Positions 9,892 to 21,330 are shown, counted from the first letter of the stretch. The stretch: DNA of 24,649 nt from an uncultured cyanobacterium (GCA_963807635.1 CAWEDJ010000012.1:1-24649); one strand, 5' to 3'. Notes: a model not told the origin generated them from the letters alone. Made by a program: numbers and translations.

Positions 9892-10557
9892 TCATCCTAC
9901 TAAACCCGATCGCAAGGCATGAACCGCCGCCTGGGTACGATCCTCCGCACTGAGTTTAGTTAAAATATTGCGGACATGGGTTTTTACCGTTCCGACGGTA
10001 ATATACAGCTTTTCGGCAATATCGGCATTACTGTTACCATTAACAATTAATTGAAGGACTTCTAATTCGCGATCAGTTAAAGAACTGGAAACTTTTTCCG
10101 TTGGATTTTTGGTATCTGGTTTTTCGGCCCGTTTGGCATAGGCTAAAACAATTCTTGCGATCGCAGGATCAATCCAAGCTTGCCCCGCCTGGGTTGCCCT
10201 AATTGCCTCTAGGAGTAAATCGGGTCGGATATTTTTCATACAATAGGAATTCGCCCCTGCCTGAAAGGCTTCTAAAACCGACGTTTCTTCATTTTGCAGG
10301 GTAAGAATAAGAATTTTAGTGGTTTGAAGGTTCGGTGAAGCTTTGATGCGTTTTGTTAGCTCAATACCATCCACATCAGGCAAACCAATATCCATAATGG
10401 CCACATCGGGGTGGGTCGTCTCTAATAACTGAAAACCCTCCTCTCCCGTGTTAGCTTCCCCTAACCAATCAATATCTGGTAGGTTTTCTAAAGCATTTTT
10501 TAAACCAATACAGACCAAATCGTCATCCTCTATCAGGACAACGCGAATCTTAGTCAT
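9892..10557 (-). CDS. NarL/FixJ-family response regulator (REC + LuxR HTH)
   Basis: REC motifs IEDDD, IMDIGLPDVDG and ANSYCMK. LuxR HTH LTDRELEVLQLIVNGNSNADIAEKLYITVGTVKTHVRNILTKL. Confidence 0.95.
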   Translation of the reverse strand: MTKIRVVLIEDDDLVCIGLKNALENLPDIDWLGEANTGEEGFQLLETTHPDVAIMDIGLPDVDGIELTKRIKASPNLQTTKILILTLQNEETSVLEAFQAGANSYCMKNIRPDLLLEAIRATQAGQAWIDPAIARIVLAYAKRAEKPDTKNPTEKVSSSLTDRELEVLQLIVNGNSNADIAEKLYITVGTVKTHVRNILTKLSAEDRTQAAVHALRSGLVG

Positions 10558-10812
10558 TGTGCTTGCGCCTTCCCGCGTTGAAGAAAATAGTCAATTTCAG
10601 AAATAAATTTTAGATTCAAAAAGCTCTCTGGCCATCACCCGACTGGGTAATTCTTTAATTGTTCCTAAATAAAAATCTAAAAATAGCTTTTCCTTTATCA
10701 GAGCAACTGTATAGAGTGTCATTTTACCGATCTTACAGGAAAAAAGATTCTCTATGCAAACAAAATCTTAATTAGCTTGATATTTCAATCTTTTAATCGC
10801 TCTCTAGACGAT

Positions 10813-11124
10813 TTACTCTAAAATCCATTCTGAAGCTCGCTCTCCCAAATCTAGGGGAATACTGACCGCTTTGCCGAGTCGGGGATGGTCACGGGTTTTT
10901 TCTAGATAATTTTTGACCTGGGACACGCCTCCCCAGGCTTGTAGATAATCGGCGATCGCGTTGAGATGGGCAAGGTATTCCGATTCAGAGAGAGGAAAGG
11001 AAGCCTGTTCCAAATATTTCCACATAACTTGAACAAATATTTGTCCTTTGATACGCCGTAACTGGATATCATAGGAGCGTCCCCACTTGTCTAATAGAAG
11101 TTGCCGTAGTTCTTGTCCAGTCAT
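10813..11124 (-). CDS. DUF3067 family protein (conserved in cyanobacteria and plastids)
   Basis: Recognised family signature LL.KWGRSYD.QL...QVMWKYLEQ.SFPL.E..Y...PR.GKAVSIPL. Confidence 0.85.
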   Translation of the reverse strand: MTGQELRQLLLDKWGRSYDIQLRRIKGQIFVQVMWKYLEQASFPLSESEYLAHLNAIADYLQAWGGVSQVKNYLEKTRDHPRLGKAVSIPLDLGERASEWILE

Positions 11125-11242
11125 GATCGGGCGATCCAGCGAGGGAAAAAAGTGTAAATTAAGAGTTGCTTTTTAATAATAGGCAATTTTTGGCGTTTGA
11201 TCATAAACCTTACTAACCGATTTTTTGATGCGAGTTTTTATC

Positions 11243-12561
11243 ATGAAAGACAGCCTCATTCACTTGCAAAATATTAATAAATTTTATCTCCAACCCAATG
11301 GACAAACGATCTCTATTTTGGAATCAATTAATTTAGAGTTGCAAATCGGAGAAATTATCGCCTTGTTGGGGCCATCAGGCTCAGGAAAATCCACTCTAAT
11401 GCGGATAATCGCAGGATTAATTTCTCCCAGTACGGGGCAAGTTTTTTATCATAATCGCCCCCTTGTGGGATTAAATCCTGGGGTAGCCATTATTTTTCAA
11501 AATTTCGCCCTTTATCCCTGGCTAACGGTTTTTGAGAATGTAGAACTAGGGTTAAAAGCCAAGGGAGAACCATTTGCTTCTCGGCAAGAAAAGGCCCTCC
11601 ACATGATCGATGTCATCGGTTTAGATGGGTTTGAAAATGCCTATCCCAAGGAGTTATCAGGGGGAATGCGGCAACGAGTCGGATTTGCCAGGGCTTTAGC
11701 CGTTGAACCTGAACTTCTCTGTATGGATGAACCTTTTTCTGCCTTGGATGTATTAACTGCCGAAAACCTGCGGATTGAATTATTAGATTTATGGCTAGAA
11801 AAACGGATTCCGACTAAAACGATTTTGATTGTCACTCATGGTATTGAAGAAGCGGTTATGTTAGCCGATCGCATTATTATTTTAGGTCGCAATCCTGGTC
11901 GTATTCGAGCGGATTTACCGGTGAAACTGCCCCATTATCGAGAACGAAAAAGTCCTGAATTTGAAGCCCTAGTGGATCAGGTTTATCGCATTATTACTAA
12001 CCCTGATCAAGCGGATTTCTCTCCTCCGCCCACGCCTTTTTTGCCGAAATTCCTACTAAAGAAAAATCCCAATCTTTTCCTGCGGTTAGAATTGGGGCGA
12101 TCGCAGGTTTTTTAGAACTCCTCGAAGACCGACAGGGAGATTTATATCGATTAGCCCAGGAATTATTGCTGGAATTAGATGATATATTTCCCATTGTTGA
12201 AGCCGCTAAAATGATGAAACTCGTTGACCTCCAGGAAGGGGATGTTTACCTAACCGCGATCGGTAAAGTTTTTATTGAAGGTAGTATTGATGAAAAAAAA
12301 GCAATTATTGGTCAGCAAATGTTAGAAAATATTCGCCTTATTCAACAAATTAATCGTCTTTTATCGGCTAATCCTGCCCAACGAATTTCTCAAGATTTAG
12401 TCCTAGAAATTTTAGAAGTAAGCTTTGCTCCTGAAGCCGCGAAACAACAACTTAAAACGGCGATCGATTGGGGACGTTATGCCGAAATCTATGGCTATGA
12501 CGAACCCGCAGGCGTTATTTATTTAGAAAATAGCCCCATTCCTGTGACAGCAAATTATTAA
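11243..12561 (+). CDS. NitT/TauT-type ABC transporter ATP-binding protein with a C-terminal AAA-associated domain; one frameshift at ~12040
   Basis: Walker A GPSGSGKST, signature LSGGMRQR, Walker B LCMDEPF and H-loop VTH. After the shift it reads FPAVRIGAIAGFLELLEDRQGDLYRLAQELLLELDDIFPIVEAA...IDWGRYAEIYGYD. Confidence 0.92.
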
Positions 12562-12582
12562 ATCTTCTCTTTTTACGAAAAA

Positions 12583-14319
12583 ATGCCCCGTCCCCTCACT
12601 CCCGACAATCAAGTTCCCCACCGTCCCCGATTTAATTGGCAAGATGGGTTAATGATTTTAATGACCTTTTCGATGATGTTACTAATCGTTAAAACGGCTT
12701 CCCAATTTAATACAAACTATGACCCCAAATTAATCATTAGAACCGATTTATACGCCTTACCAGGATATACCTTACAAACCCTCGTTAGAATGGCGATCGC
12801 CTACTTTTTTTCCCTCATATTCGCCTTAATTTATGCCTATGTCGCCTATCGTTCCGAGCTTGCCGCTAAATTTTTAATTCCCTTGCTTGACATTCTGCAA
12901 TCCATTCCTGTTTTATCTTTTTTACCAGGCGTTGTTTTAGCTCTGATTTCTATTTTTCCTGGACAACGAATTGGGATTGAAATTGCTTCCATATTACTGA
13001 TTTTTACAGGAATGGTCTGGAACATGGTTTTTAGTTTTTACCAATCTTTGTGTAGTATTCCCATTGAATTAAAAGAAGCAACCCAGGTTTTTCGGCTGAA
13101 TGCTTGGCAACGTTTTTGGACATTAGAATTGCCAGCAGGCGCGATCGGTTTAGTTTGGAATAGTGTGATGTCAGTTGCGGGGGGCTGGTTCTTTTTAATT
13201 GCCATCGAATCCTTTAATTTAGGGGGAGAAAATTTTAGGTTGCCAGGATTAGGTTCCTATTTATCGGTAGCGGCAAGTCAAGGAAATTGGTCGGCAATTT
13301 GCGCAGGTTTAGCCGTTTTGATTATCGTGATTATTTTGATTGACTTTTTTGTTTGGCAACCCTTGATTGCCTGGGCGGAAAAATTCAAATATCAAACCGT
13401 CGAAGCAAGCAATATTCCCCAATCCTTTGTTCTAAATTTTTTACAAAATTCTCCCACCCTTCGGGCCCTAAGCTCCCAAGTACAAGAAATTCAAGAAGTA
13501 TTAGATCACGCGATCGCCAGTCGTTTTACTCCTATTTATTTTCCCTCGGGTGCTAGAGGACAATTTAAACTCACTCGTTGGCTTAACTGGCTCTTGTTGA
13601 GTGGCTTTGCTTTAGTGATTTTTTGGGGGATTTGGGAAGGCATTTTACTCTTAAAATTAGTTAATTTTCAAGAGTGGAAACTGCTCATCAAAGGAGCTAT
13701 TTTTACTGCGATTCGAGTGATTGTTGCCCTGATTTTATCTCTACTCTGGACAGTTCCCGTCGGGGTTGCGATCGGACGAAATCCTCGCGTTGCCCAATTT
13801 TTACAGCCTTTAGTTCAAATTGCGGCTTCAGTTCCTGCAACAGCTTTATTTCCTGTTTTATTATTAGGATTAGTGCGTTTAGGAGGCGGTTTACAAGTCG
13901 GATCAGTGGCCTTAATGATGTTGGGAACGATGTGGTATTTACTATTTAATGTTATTGCAGGAGCCCAGGCTATTCCCTCTGAATTATTTGAAGCGGCAAA
14001 AGTTTATAAATTGACATTGATTCAGCGTTGGCAAACTTTGATTTTACCTGGGATTTTTCCCTATCTAATGACAGGAATTATCACGGCAGTTGGCGGGGCT
14101 TGGAATGCAAGTATTGTCAGTGAATATGTAGAGTTTAAGGGACAGGTATTAGTCACCGTCGGTTTGGGAGAAACCATTTCCCAGGCCACGGCAAACTCGA
14201 ATTATCCTCTGTTATTAGCCGCAACAGCCATTATGTCTTTTTTAGTTGTGTTAACCAATCGATTGATCTGGCATCCTCTTTGCCGATTAGCCCAGGAAAA
14301 ATACCAATTAATGATTTAA
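12583..14319 (+). CDS. ABC transporter permease with two fused inner-membrane (BPD_transp_1) domains
   Basis: 578 aa with ~12 TM segments and two EAA-like loops (IPIELKEATQVFRL and IPSELFEAAKVYKL). It starts 21 bp after the ATPase. Confidence 0.92.
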   Translation: MPRPLTPDNQVPHRPRFNWQDGLMILMTFSMMLLIVKTASQFNTNYDPKLIIRTDLYALPGYTLQTLVRMAIAYFFSLIFALIYAYVAYRSELAAKFLIPLLDILQSIPVLSFLPGVVLALISIFPGQRIGIEIASILLIFTGMVWNMVFSFYQSLCSIPIELKEATQVFRLNAWQRFWTLELPAGAIGLVWNSVMSVAGGWFFLIAIESFNLGGENFRLPGLGSYLSVAASQGNWSAICAGLAVLIIVIILIDFFVWQPLIAWAEKFKYQTVEASNIPQSFVLNFLQNSPTLRALSSQVQEIQEVLDHAIASRFTPIYFPSGARGQFKLTRWLNWLLLSGFALVIFWGIWEGILLLKLVNFQEWKLLIKGAIFTAIRVIVALILSLLWTVPVGVAIGRNPRVAQFLQPLVQIAASVPATALFPVLLLGLVRLGGGLQVGSVALMMLGTMWYLLFNVIAGAQAIPSELFEAAKVYKLTLIQRWQTLILPGIFPYLMTGIITAVGGAWNASIVSEYVEFKGQVLVTVGLGETISQATANSNYPLLLAATAIMSFLVVLTNRLIWHPLCRLAQEKYQLMI

Positions 14320-14619
14320 AAATAATGAACTTTATAGAATTTTTGACCTATCAACTTAATCTGCGATCGCATTTTTTTATCAGAAAGAGGCGATCGCTAG
14401 TGTTTTTTTAGCGAAAAGTCATGAAAACAGGATTGAAATCCTCGGACTTTACATTAATTAATTAACTTTTAGGAAAATTAGTCAGAATAACGGAGGCACA
14501 GAGTAAGCAAGTTTGGTAGAGTGAAATGTAGTTTGGTTCAGATGCAGAGGTATTTGGACTGAATAGGATATTCATCATCTTGCTAAGTCAGTTCCAAGGC
14601 TCGGCAAAAGGCGGCGGTC

Positions 14620-17600
14620 ATGGTTGAACAAAGTGTTGTTTCTGAAACGATTAAGCTAAATAACGATTCCCATCCCCCGATTGACTGGCAGCAAATCTGT
14701 CGGATTATGTTGGAAAAATCTTTGCCCTTGGATTCGGTGAACACTCAACCAGAGGAAACACTACAAACGACCCAGAATGCCCCTTTATTTCTTAAAATCT
14801 TTTCTACTCAACAGGAAAATTTTCGACTTTCAGGGCCCCATCCCCAGTTCAAGGATCATCACAGTGACGAAGCGTTGCGGCCCTATTCCCCAGGAGAATT
14901 ACTCTACAAATTATTAGAATTAGACCTCTGTAGTCATCAGGGAAAACGTTTAGCGATTATCGGAGAAGGCGGAACGGGAAAAACCTTATTTTTACGGCAA
15001 ATTGCCCATTTGTTAATGGAAGGAAATCCCCTGGAATCGCCCCACAATGCGTTAAACCACCCCGAAGAATTTCCTCTCCTAAGTAAGACAGAATCTCTAG
15101 AAATAGAAGCAATGTCCCAGGGGTCTCTGCTCGATCTCCTTAATTTCGAGGATGAGGCGGAATATTTTCCCGTTTGGGTTTCTCCCTTCCAATTAAAAAC
15201 GCTTTCTCTCAAGGATTATTTATTGGGCCCTTGGCTACAACAAGCCATCCAGGAAAAAGAACCTGATCTTGAAATTTATCGAAAATCTTTTGAGCAACTG
15301 CTCAATACGGGAAAGGTTTGGATCTTAGCCGATGGTATCGATACTTTAGCCATAGAATCAGAAACTCCGATTAAGGTTGGTTCCCTTTCTGCTTTTGGGC
15401 GATCGCTTCAGGATTTTACGGAACCGATTAATGTGGTGTTGACCTGTCGCACCGAAACTTGGCAAGTTGATCCCAAGGGATTATCGGGATTTGACCGCTA
15501 TCAAACGAAGGAACTTTCCTACCCGACGGAAGTAGAGGCGACCATTAAACACTGGTTTGCCACCAATCAAAGAAACATCGGAAAAATTTCCCACCCGCAT
15601 GACCCTAAGGAGGAGAATCCAGAGGATTTGGGAAAAGAACTCTGTGAACTTCTCGCCAAACCCGAACAAGAATCCCTGCGGCACTGGTTAACTAATCCCC
15701 TGGCTTTGGTGTTGTGTTGTCGTTTTTGGCAAGGACGGCCCCATTTTTTCCCGAAAAATAGTGCGGAATTGTATGAACAATTGGTTGCTCAATTTTATCA
15801 GTGGAAGGCGGAACAATTTTCGACTTCGATCCAACAACAGCAAGAATTGAATCAACAATTGGGTGAACTAGCGAAAAAGATTTTATTGAAAAATCAGGGT
15901 TATACTCAACCGATCGCCCACGCCGAGATCCAAGCTTGCTGGGGAGAAGAGGCCCTTTTTCTACGGTTGTTTTTGAGATTAGGCTGGATAATTCCGAGGG
16001 GTTTGCTCCTAGTACAGGCAACTTCTCCGTCAAACCCGCCCGTTATGGCCAATAAGCATTATGGTTTTTGCGATCGCGTCTTTCGAGACTATTTTGCGGC
16101 CTTGGCGATCGCCGATTGGCAGTTTTTCCTAGATATCCCAGAGCGCAACTATCGTTTATTTGAACCCCAATGGCAAAATGTTCTTTTCTTCTGGTTTGGT
16201 CGTCCTGATATTCATTCATCCCAAAAAGATGCTTTTATTAAGGCATTAATGACCTTTGAAGACAATTTTTGTGAACATAATTTCTATGGAAAACGAGCCT
16301 ATCTTTTGGCCGTCCAACTCCTGACAGAATTTCAAGAATGTATTTATCGAGAGATTTTATTAAATCAATTAAAAGATTGGGCCGAAGGGAAAGAAAATCA
16401 TTCAGCAACCTTTAAACAAAGTGCTAGGGCCGATCCTAAGCCAAACCTATCGTCCCTTTGTCGTAGATTTATATTTACAGGAATTGAAGAGAGCTAGCAC
16501 CCAGGCAGATTATCAGCGAGTTGGTACGGCTCTCCTTCAATTTGCCAAGGGGAATCTCATCGCCATTGCCAGCATAGAAAACCAATTAACCCATTTTCCC
16601 CATTCTCCTCGGCGGTATGCCCTCGCCGAAACCCTCGGTCTAATTGATCCTGGCAATCAGAGAGCGATCGCCACTTTTATTGAAATTTTAGACGACCCCC
16701 AAAATTCAGAAAATTGTCAAATTGCTTTGGCGGCACTGAATAAAATTGCCGTTGGAGATGACCAAGCCATTGCGGCTCGTCGTGGAATTTCTCTCCTCTG
16801 AACTGAGTTCGAGTCAACAACGCCAGGCCCTAAGCTGTTTAGAAACCATTGGTCAGGGTCATTCCCTGGCGATCGCCTACCTATTGCAACGATTTCGGGT
16901 TTATCGAGGAGGTTCGCTCCGTTGTCAGACCGCCGAAAGTTTAGAAAAAATCGATCCAGGAAATCCCACGGCCATTTCGGTATTACTCCATCTTCTGCAA
17001 CCGAGCCAAACGACAGAAATCCGTAAGCAAGCGATTTATAGTTTAGGAGAAACCTCCGCTAGTTATCCCCAGGCTATTACGGCTCTGATCGATCTCTTAC
17101 AGAGCGATGATGATATTTTTATTCGCTGGTTGGCTATCAGTAGTTTGACCAAAATTGGCGAGGGAAATCCTACGGTCATTAAAGCTTTTGAAAACCTGAT
17201 TGAAGAATCTCAAGATAATCTACAGTTAAAAGAAACAGGCTGGTTAATCAAAGAGGTGATGGAAGCCTTGGCGAAAATTGATCCGACTAATCCTGTTTTA
17301 TTAAATTTTTTAGTTGATTTAATTCAGTCTGATATCAACTCAGAGGGAAATCAGGAAATTGCCGAAAGTCTGGGGAAACTTGACCCTGGGAATCCCACCG
17401 CGATCGCCATGTTAGGACAGTTACTCAAGCCAAAAGAAGATGAATTTACCCAACGACAGGCCGCGGCCAGCTTAGGCAAAATCGACTCTGGCAACCTCGA
17501 AGCCTTGATGATGTTGATTCATCTTTTACAGCAAAGCCTCAATCCTGATATTCGTCGTTTATCTGCCCAAAGTTTGGGTGACATTACTCCCCACAATGCC

Positions 17601-18467
17601 GCAGCGATCGCGGCCCTCATTCGGACAGCCTTAATTACCCCTGACAAAGAAACCCGTCGAGCATCGATCAAGAGTTTAGGGAAAATTGGACTAGGCAATC
17701 GAGAAGTTTGTCAAACATTGATTGATCTCTTGCGGGTGCAATCTCATCAAAATCTACACTCAGAAATTGCCGAAAATCTGATTAAAATTTTGTCCCGTCC
17801 CCTCATGCCCTTTGTCATTCATCCCCTCAAGGAATCTTTACTGAATACGGTTTATCAACAAGATCTTGCCCTCTATGATATTTTTTGGCATTGCGTCCAA
17901 TCCCTCACCTACGAAACGTTTTATCAGGCCTGGTACCAACTTCCCCTAGATGCAACCCCCGCTCCATCCCAGGATTCTCTCGCTGCAATCGCTCCGTCCC
18001 CCTCTGCGGCCGAATCCGCAAAAGACAAATTAAATTTACGAGAGGATTTGGTTCGCGAAATCCAGAATCATTCTCCCTTAGCGTCTTTGATTCAAGTCAT
18101 TTGGATTGATTGCAGTCAGTTTTTAGTGCCTGATGAGCCGCTCATTGATATTTATGATCAAATGCTGGCCCAAAATTGTCCCGAATTTGAAAATGGGGTT
18201 CCCGATAATCTGGCTAAATTACGACTTTATTGGCGATTAATCCAGCGAAATCGCTCGGATTGCGCCTATATTTGGTTATTCGATCATTCTTCTCCGAATT
18301 GTTCTCCTTTTTCCTCGGAATTTTTAGAAAAACTCAAAACTTTTCAGGGAAATATTGCCCTCATTAGTGACCAACCCAATAATTCCCTCGTCAATTTTTC
18401 TCCCCATTCTCCCGAATTAATTGCAACAATCATTGAATGGATCAAAGTTCAAATTAACAAATTCTAA
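14620..18467 (+). CDS. NACHT-domain STAND NTPase with ~12 HEAT repeats and a C-terminal alpha/beta domain (~1280 aa); two apparent frameshifts (~16430, ~16778)
   Basis: Walker A GEGGTGKT, Walker B VWILADGID, sensor VLTCR, NPLAL and winged-helix FRDYFAA. HEAT units of the type AESLGKIDPGNPTAI continue across ORFs 16421-16801 and 16746-18467. C-terminal FWHCVQSLTYETFYQAW and IWIDCSQF...IYDQML motifs. Confidence 0.88.
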
Positions 18468-18479
18468 TATTTATTGCCC

Positions 18480-18971
18480 ATGCCGATTGTCTCTTCTCCT
18501 GCATTGACGAACGATCATTTTCATATTGGTTTTGCCCCCCTTTCCCTCGATGAGGTCTATCAACTCGCCGATGACCCCCGTAATGGTGCGATCGCCTTAA
18601 TGAGTGGAACTGTTCGGCAACAAACCGATGGTAAAGCTGTGCGGTATTTAGAATATCAGGCCTATGAACCCATGGCCATCCATATATTCCGCCAAATTTC
18701 AGACCAAATTCGGAAACAATGGCCCGATACGAACCGCATCGTCATTCACCATCGAGTGGGTAGCCTAGAAATTGGAGAAATTAGTGTATTGATTGCGGTT
18801 GGCTGTCCCCATCGGGGTGAAGCGTTTGCCGCCTGTCGCTATGCTATTGATACTCTTAAACATCAAGCCCCCATTTGGAAAAAAGAACATTGCCTGGATG
18901 GTTCGAGTACCTGGGTAAGTATTGGAGCCTGTGAGGACAATCATGTGACAGAAATGCCGCTCAATCTTTAA
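18480..18971 (+). CDS. moaE: Molybdopterin synthase catalytic subunit MoaE
   Basis: Motifs GAIALMSGTVR, LEYQAYEPMA, HRVG.L.IGE, PHRGEAFAACRY.ID.LK..APIWKKE. Alternative TTG start at 18474. Confidence 0.95.
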   Translation: MPIVSSPALTNDHFHIGFAPLSLDEVYQLADDPRNGAIALMSGTVRQQTDGKAVRYLEYQAYEPMAIHIFRQISDQIRKQWPDTNRIVIHHRVGSLEIGEISVLIAVGCPHRGEAFAACRYAIDTLKHQAPIWKKEHCLDGSSTWVSIGACEDNHVTEMPLNL

Positions 18972-19220
18972 ATTCAAAAATGCGATGGAGCAGACACACT
19001 CAAATTGTCTTGATAAGCCCAGGTTTCTGGAGAAGTTTATGATTTTTTTCTGATTATTTTAGGATGACGGATTCTGCATTGGGCGATCGCAGTTTTCTTC
19101 TGATATAAAAGAGTGAATTGATTGCTTTTTATTTTTTGAGAAAGGCGATCGCGCTACAAAAATTGAAGGTTCATTAAAATATAACTTTAGCCAATAATCG
19201 CTATTTTGGTTTTCGATAAG

Positions 19221-19318
19221 TCAAAAAGAATTGGGTTCAAGTTGAAATCCCAAGCCGACTTGGGTAAAATGAGCATCTTCTGTCAAGATTCGATAGATAT
19301 CAAATTCTTGCATAATTA
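19221..19318 (-). pseudogene. vapC: 3' fragment of the PIN-domain (VapC) toxin whose 5' part lies at 23062-23408
   Basis: The minus strand reads (I)MQEFDIYRILTEDAHFTQVGLGFQLEPNSF*, containing the PIN T.D.HF motif. It continues ...ISFTDLTSMLI from 23063 in frame once the 6-bp duplication is collapsed. Confidence 0.9.
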
Positions 19319-20968
19319 GGGCTTGCTGAAAAAGTCAAAAAACAGGAAGAGGGGATTAATTTATGAATTTAAGGCGAGTAAAACATAAGGGTTAAATGAA
19401 TTGTCAACACAAAGCATAAGCTGGGCTAATAAGAGGGCAGAAAAATAAGCTCTTCTTCCGAAAAAGACAAAAAAAACGTAAAACCTGCCGAAGCAGGGCA
19501 AAAAGATTGATGACTAAAAAGGTGATAGCAATAGCGGTTTCAGAGGTATCAGGAAGTTTTGTCATAACTCGATTGAGGCTAAATCGTCTCTTTGCTTGAC
19601 CAAATTTGCCTTCAATAGCATTACGGTCTCTTTCATCTTGAAGAGCTTCTTTCTTTTTTTCTGGACTAATATTTGTGGGTCGTCTTCCCAAGGGTGGGCC
19701 ACTCAATCGAATTCCCTTCTCCTTACAAAAAGCGCGATTTTCCCTTGTGCGATAGATTGCATCAGCATGAACAGACTGGGGATAGTAGCCTGTCTCACGT
19801 TTAAACTCTTCTATTTGTCCTTTGAAGTCGCCTGATTCATTATAATTATCCCAACTTAATCGGTATAAATAAAGATATCCATTCACATAACTTGCTGATA
19901 GTTTTGCACCAAACTCTACTGGCGTTCCCGCTTTTCCTCTAACAATGGGACGAACATGAGGTTGAGTCAAACTCACAATTCTATTTTCTACCTTATTTTC
20001 TTTATTTTCATACATTCCTACTTGTTGCTCATAGGCTTTTTGTATTATCGACAGTATCTTTTCGTCTTTTTTACTTAATTTTGCGACCTCTTTATCTTCT
20101 CTTAATTTTTCTATATGGGAAAGGTTTCTTTTGATATATTGGATTTGTTTTTTTATGCCCTTTCTCCTTTCTTTTCTCGACGGACGGCGTTTTTTTGACA
20201 ATTTTAAGTAATCTTTTCTGGCTCTTATTCTATAGGTTCTTGGTTTTTTTCCTTTTTTTTTAGTTTTTTTATACAAGTTGTCTATTATTTTTTCGGTTTT
20301 TTCTCTTGCCTCATTCAAGATTCCTATATCTGTTGGATATTTGATGTCTGCTGGTGCACAGGTTGCATCTATTAATAGCTTTCCTCTATTCTGATTTTCC
20401 CCTTCACTTTTTTCTTTTACTTCTGATAATATTTCTTCTTCTTTTTTTACCATTGCTTTATTTATTTGATTCACCAAGTCCATTCCTATTCTTTGACGGA
20501 AATGTACTAACAGTGACGCATCAAATGCCTCCTCATTTTCATATACTTCTAGTCCTATAAAATATTGTAAGTAAGGGTTTTCTTTTATTTGTTCTACTGT
20601 TTCTCGGTCACTTATTCTCAATATTTCTTTTATTATTAATGACCCTAATGCCATCCTAAATGGTTTGGCTGTCGCTCCTTTATTTTCTGAAAATTGTTTT
20701 GCATATTCTTCTTCAAATTCCTCCCACGGAATTATTTTTGACATGATTACCCAACGATTTTCTTCTTTTGGCTTCCACTCACTTGGTATTTTGAAGTTTT
20801 CAACAGTCGATTTTTCGGATTCTTTTTTGGGGTACATCGTTCAATGCTCTGGAAGGGGAGGGGTGCAAGCCTTTTCACTCATTTTAGACCTTTTTTTTGC
20901 ACTTTTTTTGCTCTCTAAATCCCCTCATCTCTTTTCTTATAAGGCTTTCAGCTTTTTTCAGCAAGCTC
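19319..20968 (-). mobile_element. IS5-family insertion sequence, copy 1 (1650 bp)
   Basis: Terminal IRs GGGCTTGCTGAAAAA / GAGCTTGCTGAAAAA (14/15). It is near-identical to copy 2, and the similarity ends at these IRs. Confidence 0.92.
19404..20837 (-). CDS. IS5-family DDE transposase (intact, 477 aa)
   Basis: N-terminal SDRETVEQIKENPYLQYFIG, acidic motifs LIDAT, HADAIY and RNAIEGKFG..KR, plus RPIVRGKAGTPVEFGAK. Confidence 0.95.
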   Translation of the reverse strand: MYPKKESEKSTVENFKIPSEWKPKEENRWVIMSKIIPWEEFEEEYAKQFSENKGATAKPFRMALGSLIIKEILRISDRETVEQIKENPYLQYFIGLEVYENEEAFDASLLVHFRQRIGMDLVNQINKAMVKKEEEILSEVKEKSEGENQNRGKLLIDATCAPADIKYPTDIGILNEAREKTEKIIDNLYKKTKKKGKKPRTYRIRARKDYLKLSKKRRPSRKERRKGIKKQIQYIKRNLSHIEKLREDKEVAKLSKKDEKILSIIQKAYEQQVGMYENKENKVENRIVSLTQPHVRPIVRGKAGTPVEFGAKLSASYVNGYLYLYRLSWDNYNESGDFKGQIEEFKRETGYYPQSVHADAIYRTRENRAFCKEKGIRLSGPPLGRRPTNISPEKKKEALQDERDRNAIEGKFGQAKRRFSLNRVMTKLPDTSETAIAITFLVINLFALLRQVLRFFCLFRKKSLFFCPLISPAYALC

Positions 20969-21329
20969 TAAGTAAAACTCAAACTGACCGTGTAATGTTT
21001 TTATACAGATTTTTCTCGTACCATTACACCACAAGTTTAGTTTTTTTTACTTTTTCCGTGAACTCGTTTTGTGCCTGCGCCAGTAAGGCTGCCTCTATTT
21101 CAGGCAATACTTTCTGTTTCATCTGTTCTACACCTCCTTCTATGTCATGTAAGCTTTGGGTTCCTATTTCCATTGCAAATGGGCTGTTTTGGCTGAGAAT
21201 ATTTCCCATTTCGTTACGAATCACGAATTCTACCGTCACTTTCATCCTTTTTACTCCTTTTTTTAAGACAATCTGTTTTTTTGTTTTCTCTTCATTTTAC
21301 CTAATCATCAACTAATTATTTACAGGTAG
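20969..21329 (-). mobile_element. Truncated end of another IS (possibly mutator-like, ISKra4/ISLre2-type): 73-aa ORF 21024-21245 plus a frameshifted continuation cut by IS5 copy 1
   Basis: Strong RBS (AAGGAG..AAGG-ATG). ORF MKVTVEF...EFTEKVKK is followed, after an A8 run, by NLWCNGTRKICIKTLHGQFEFYL in another frame. The family call rests on a recalled NG...IKTLHG.F motif and the outer boundary is approximate. Confidence 0.45.
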
Positions 21330-21330
21330 A

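Noticed and set aside
7235..18971. Dedicated molybdenum-cofactor gene cluster, or ubiquitin-like defence system involving moaE and the NACHT gene
   Set aside because: moeA and moaE are 10 kb apart with unrelated genes between them. No MoaD/ThiS, E1/ThiF or JAB gene is present, and the ALDH is an NAD(P)-type enzyme, not a molybdoenzyme.
1389..18977. Short overlapping or antisense ORFs in the track (e.g. 1389, 2665, 3234, 3265, 3688, 4675, 6173, 7061, 7749, 8464, 11641, 11997, 13353, 13674, 14937, 15481, 15692, 17885, 18765)
   Set aside because: They overlap well-supported genes in other frames or strands and have no recognisable motifs.
20665..21315. 216-aa plus-strand ORF and other antisense ORFs within the IS5 copies (19596, 20354, 21690, 22447, 22758)
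   Set aside because: They are Phe/Leu/Ser-rich shadows of A-rich transposase genes, and some cross element boundaries.
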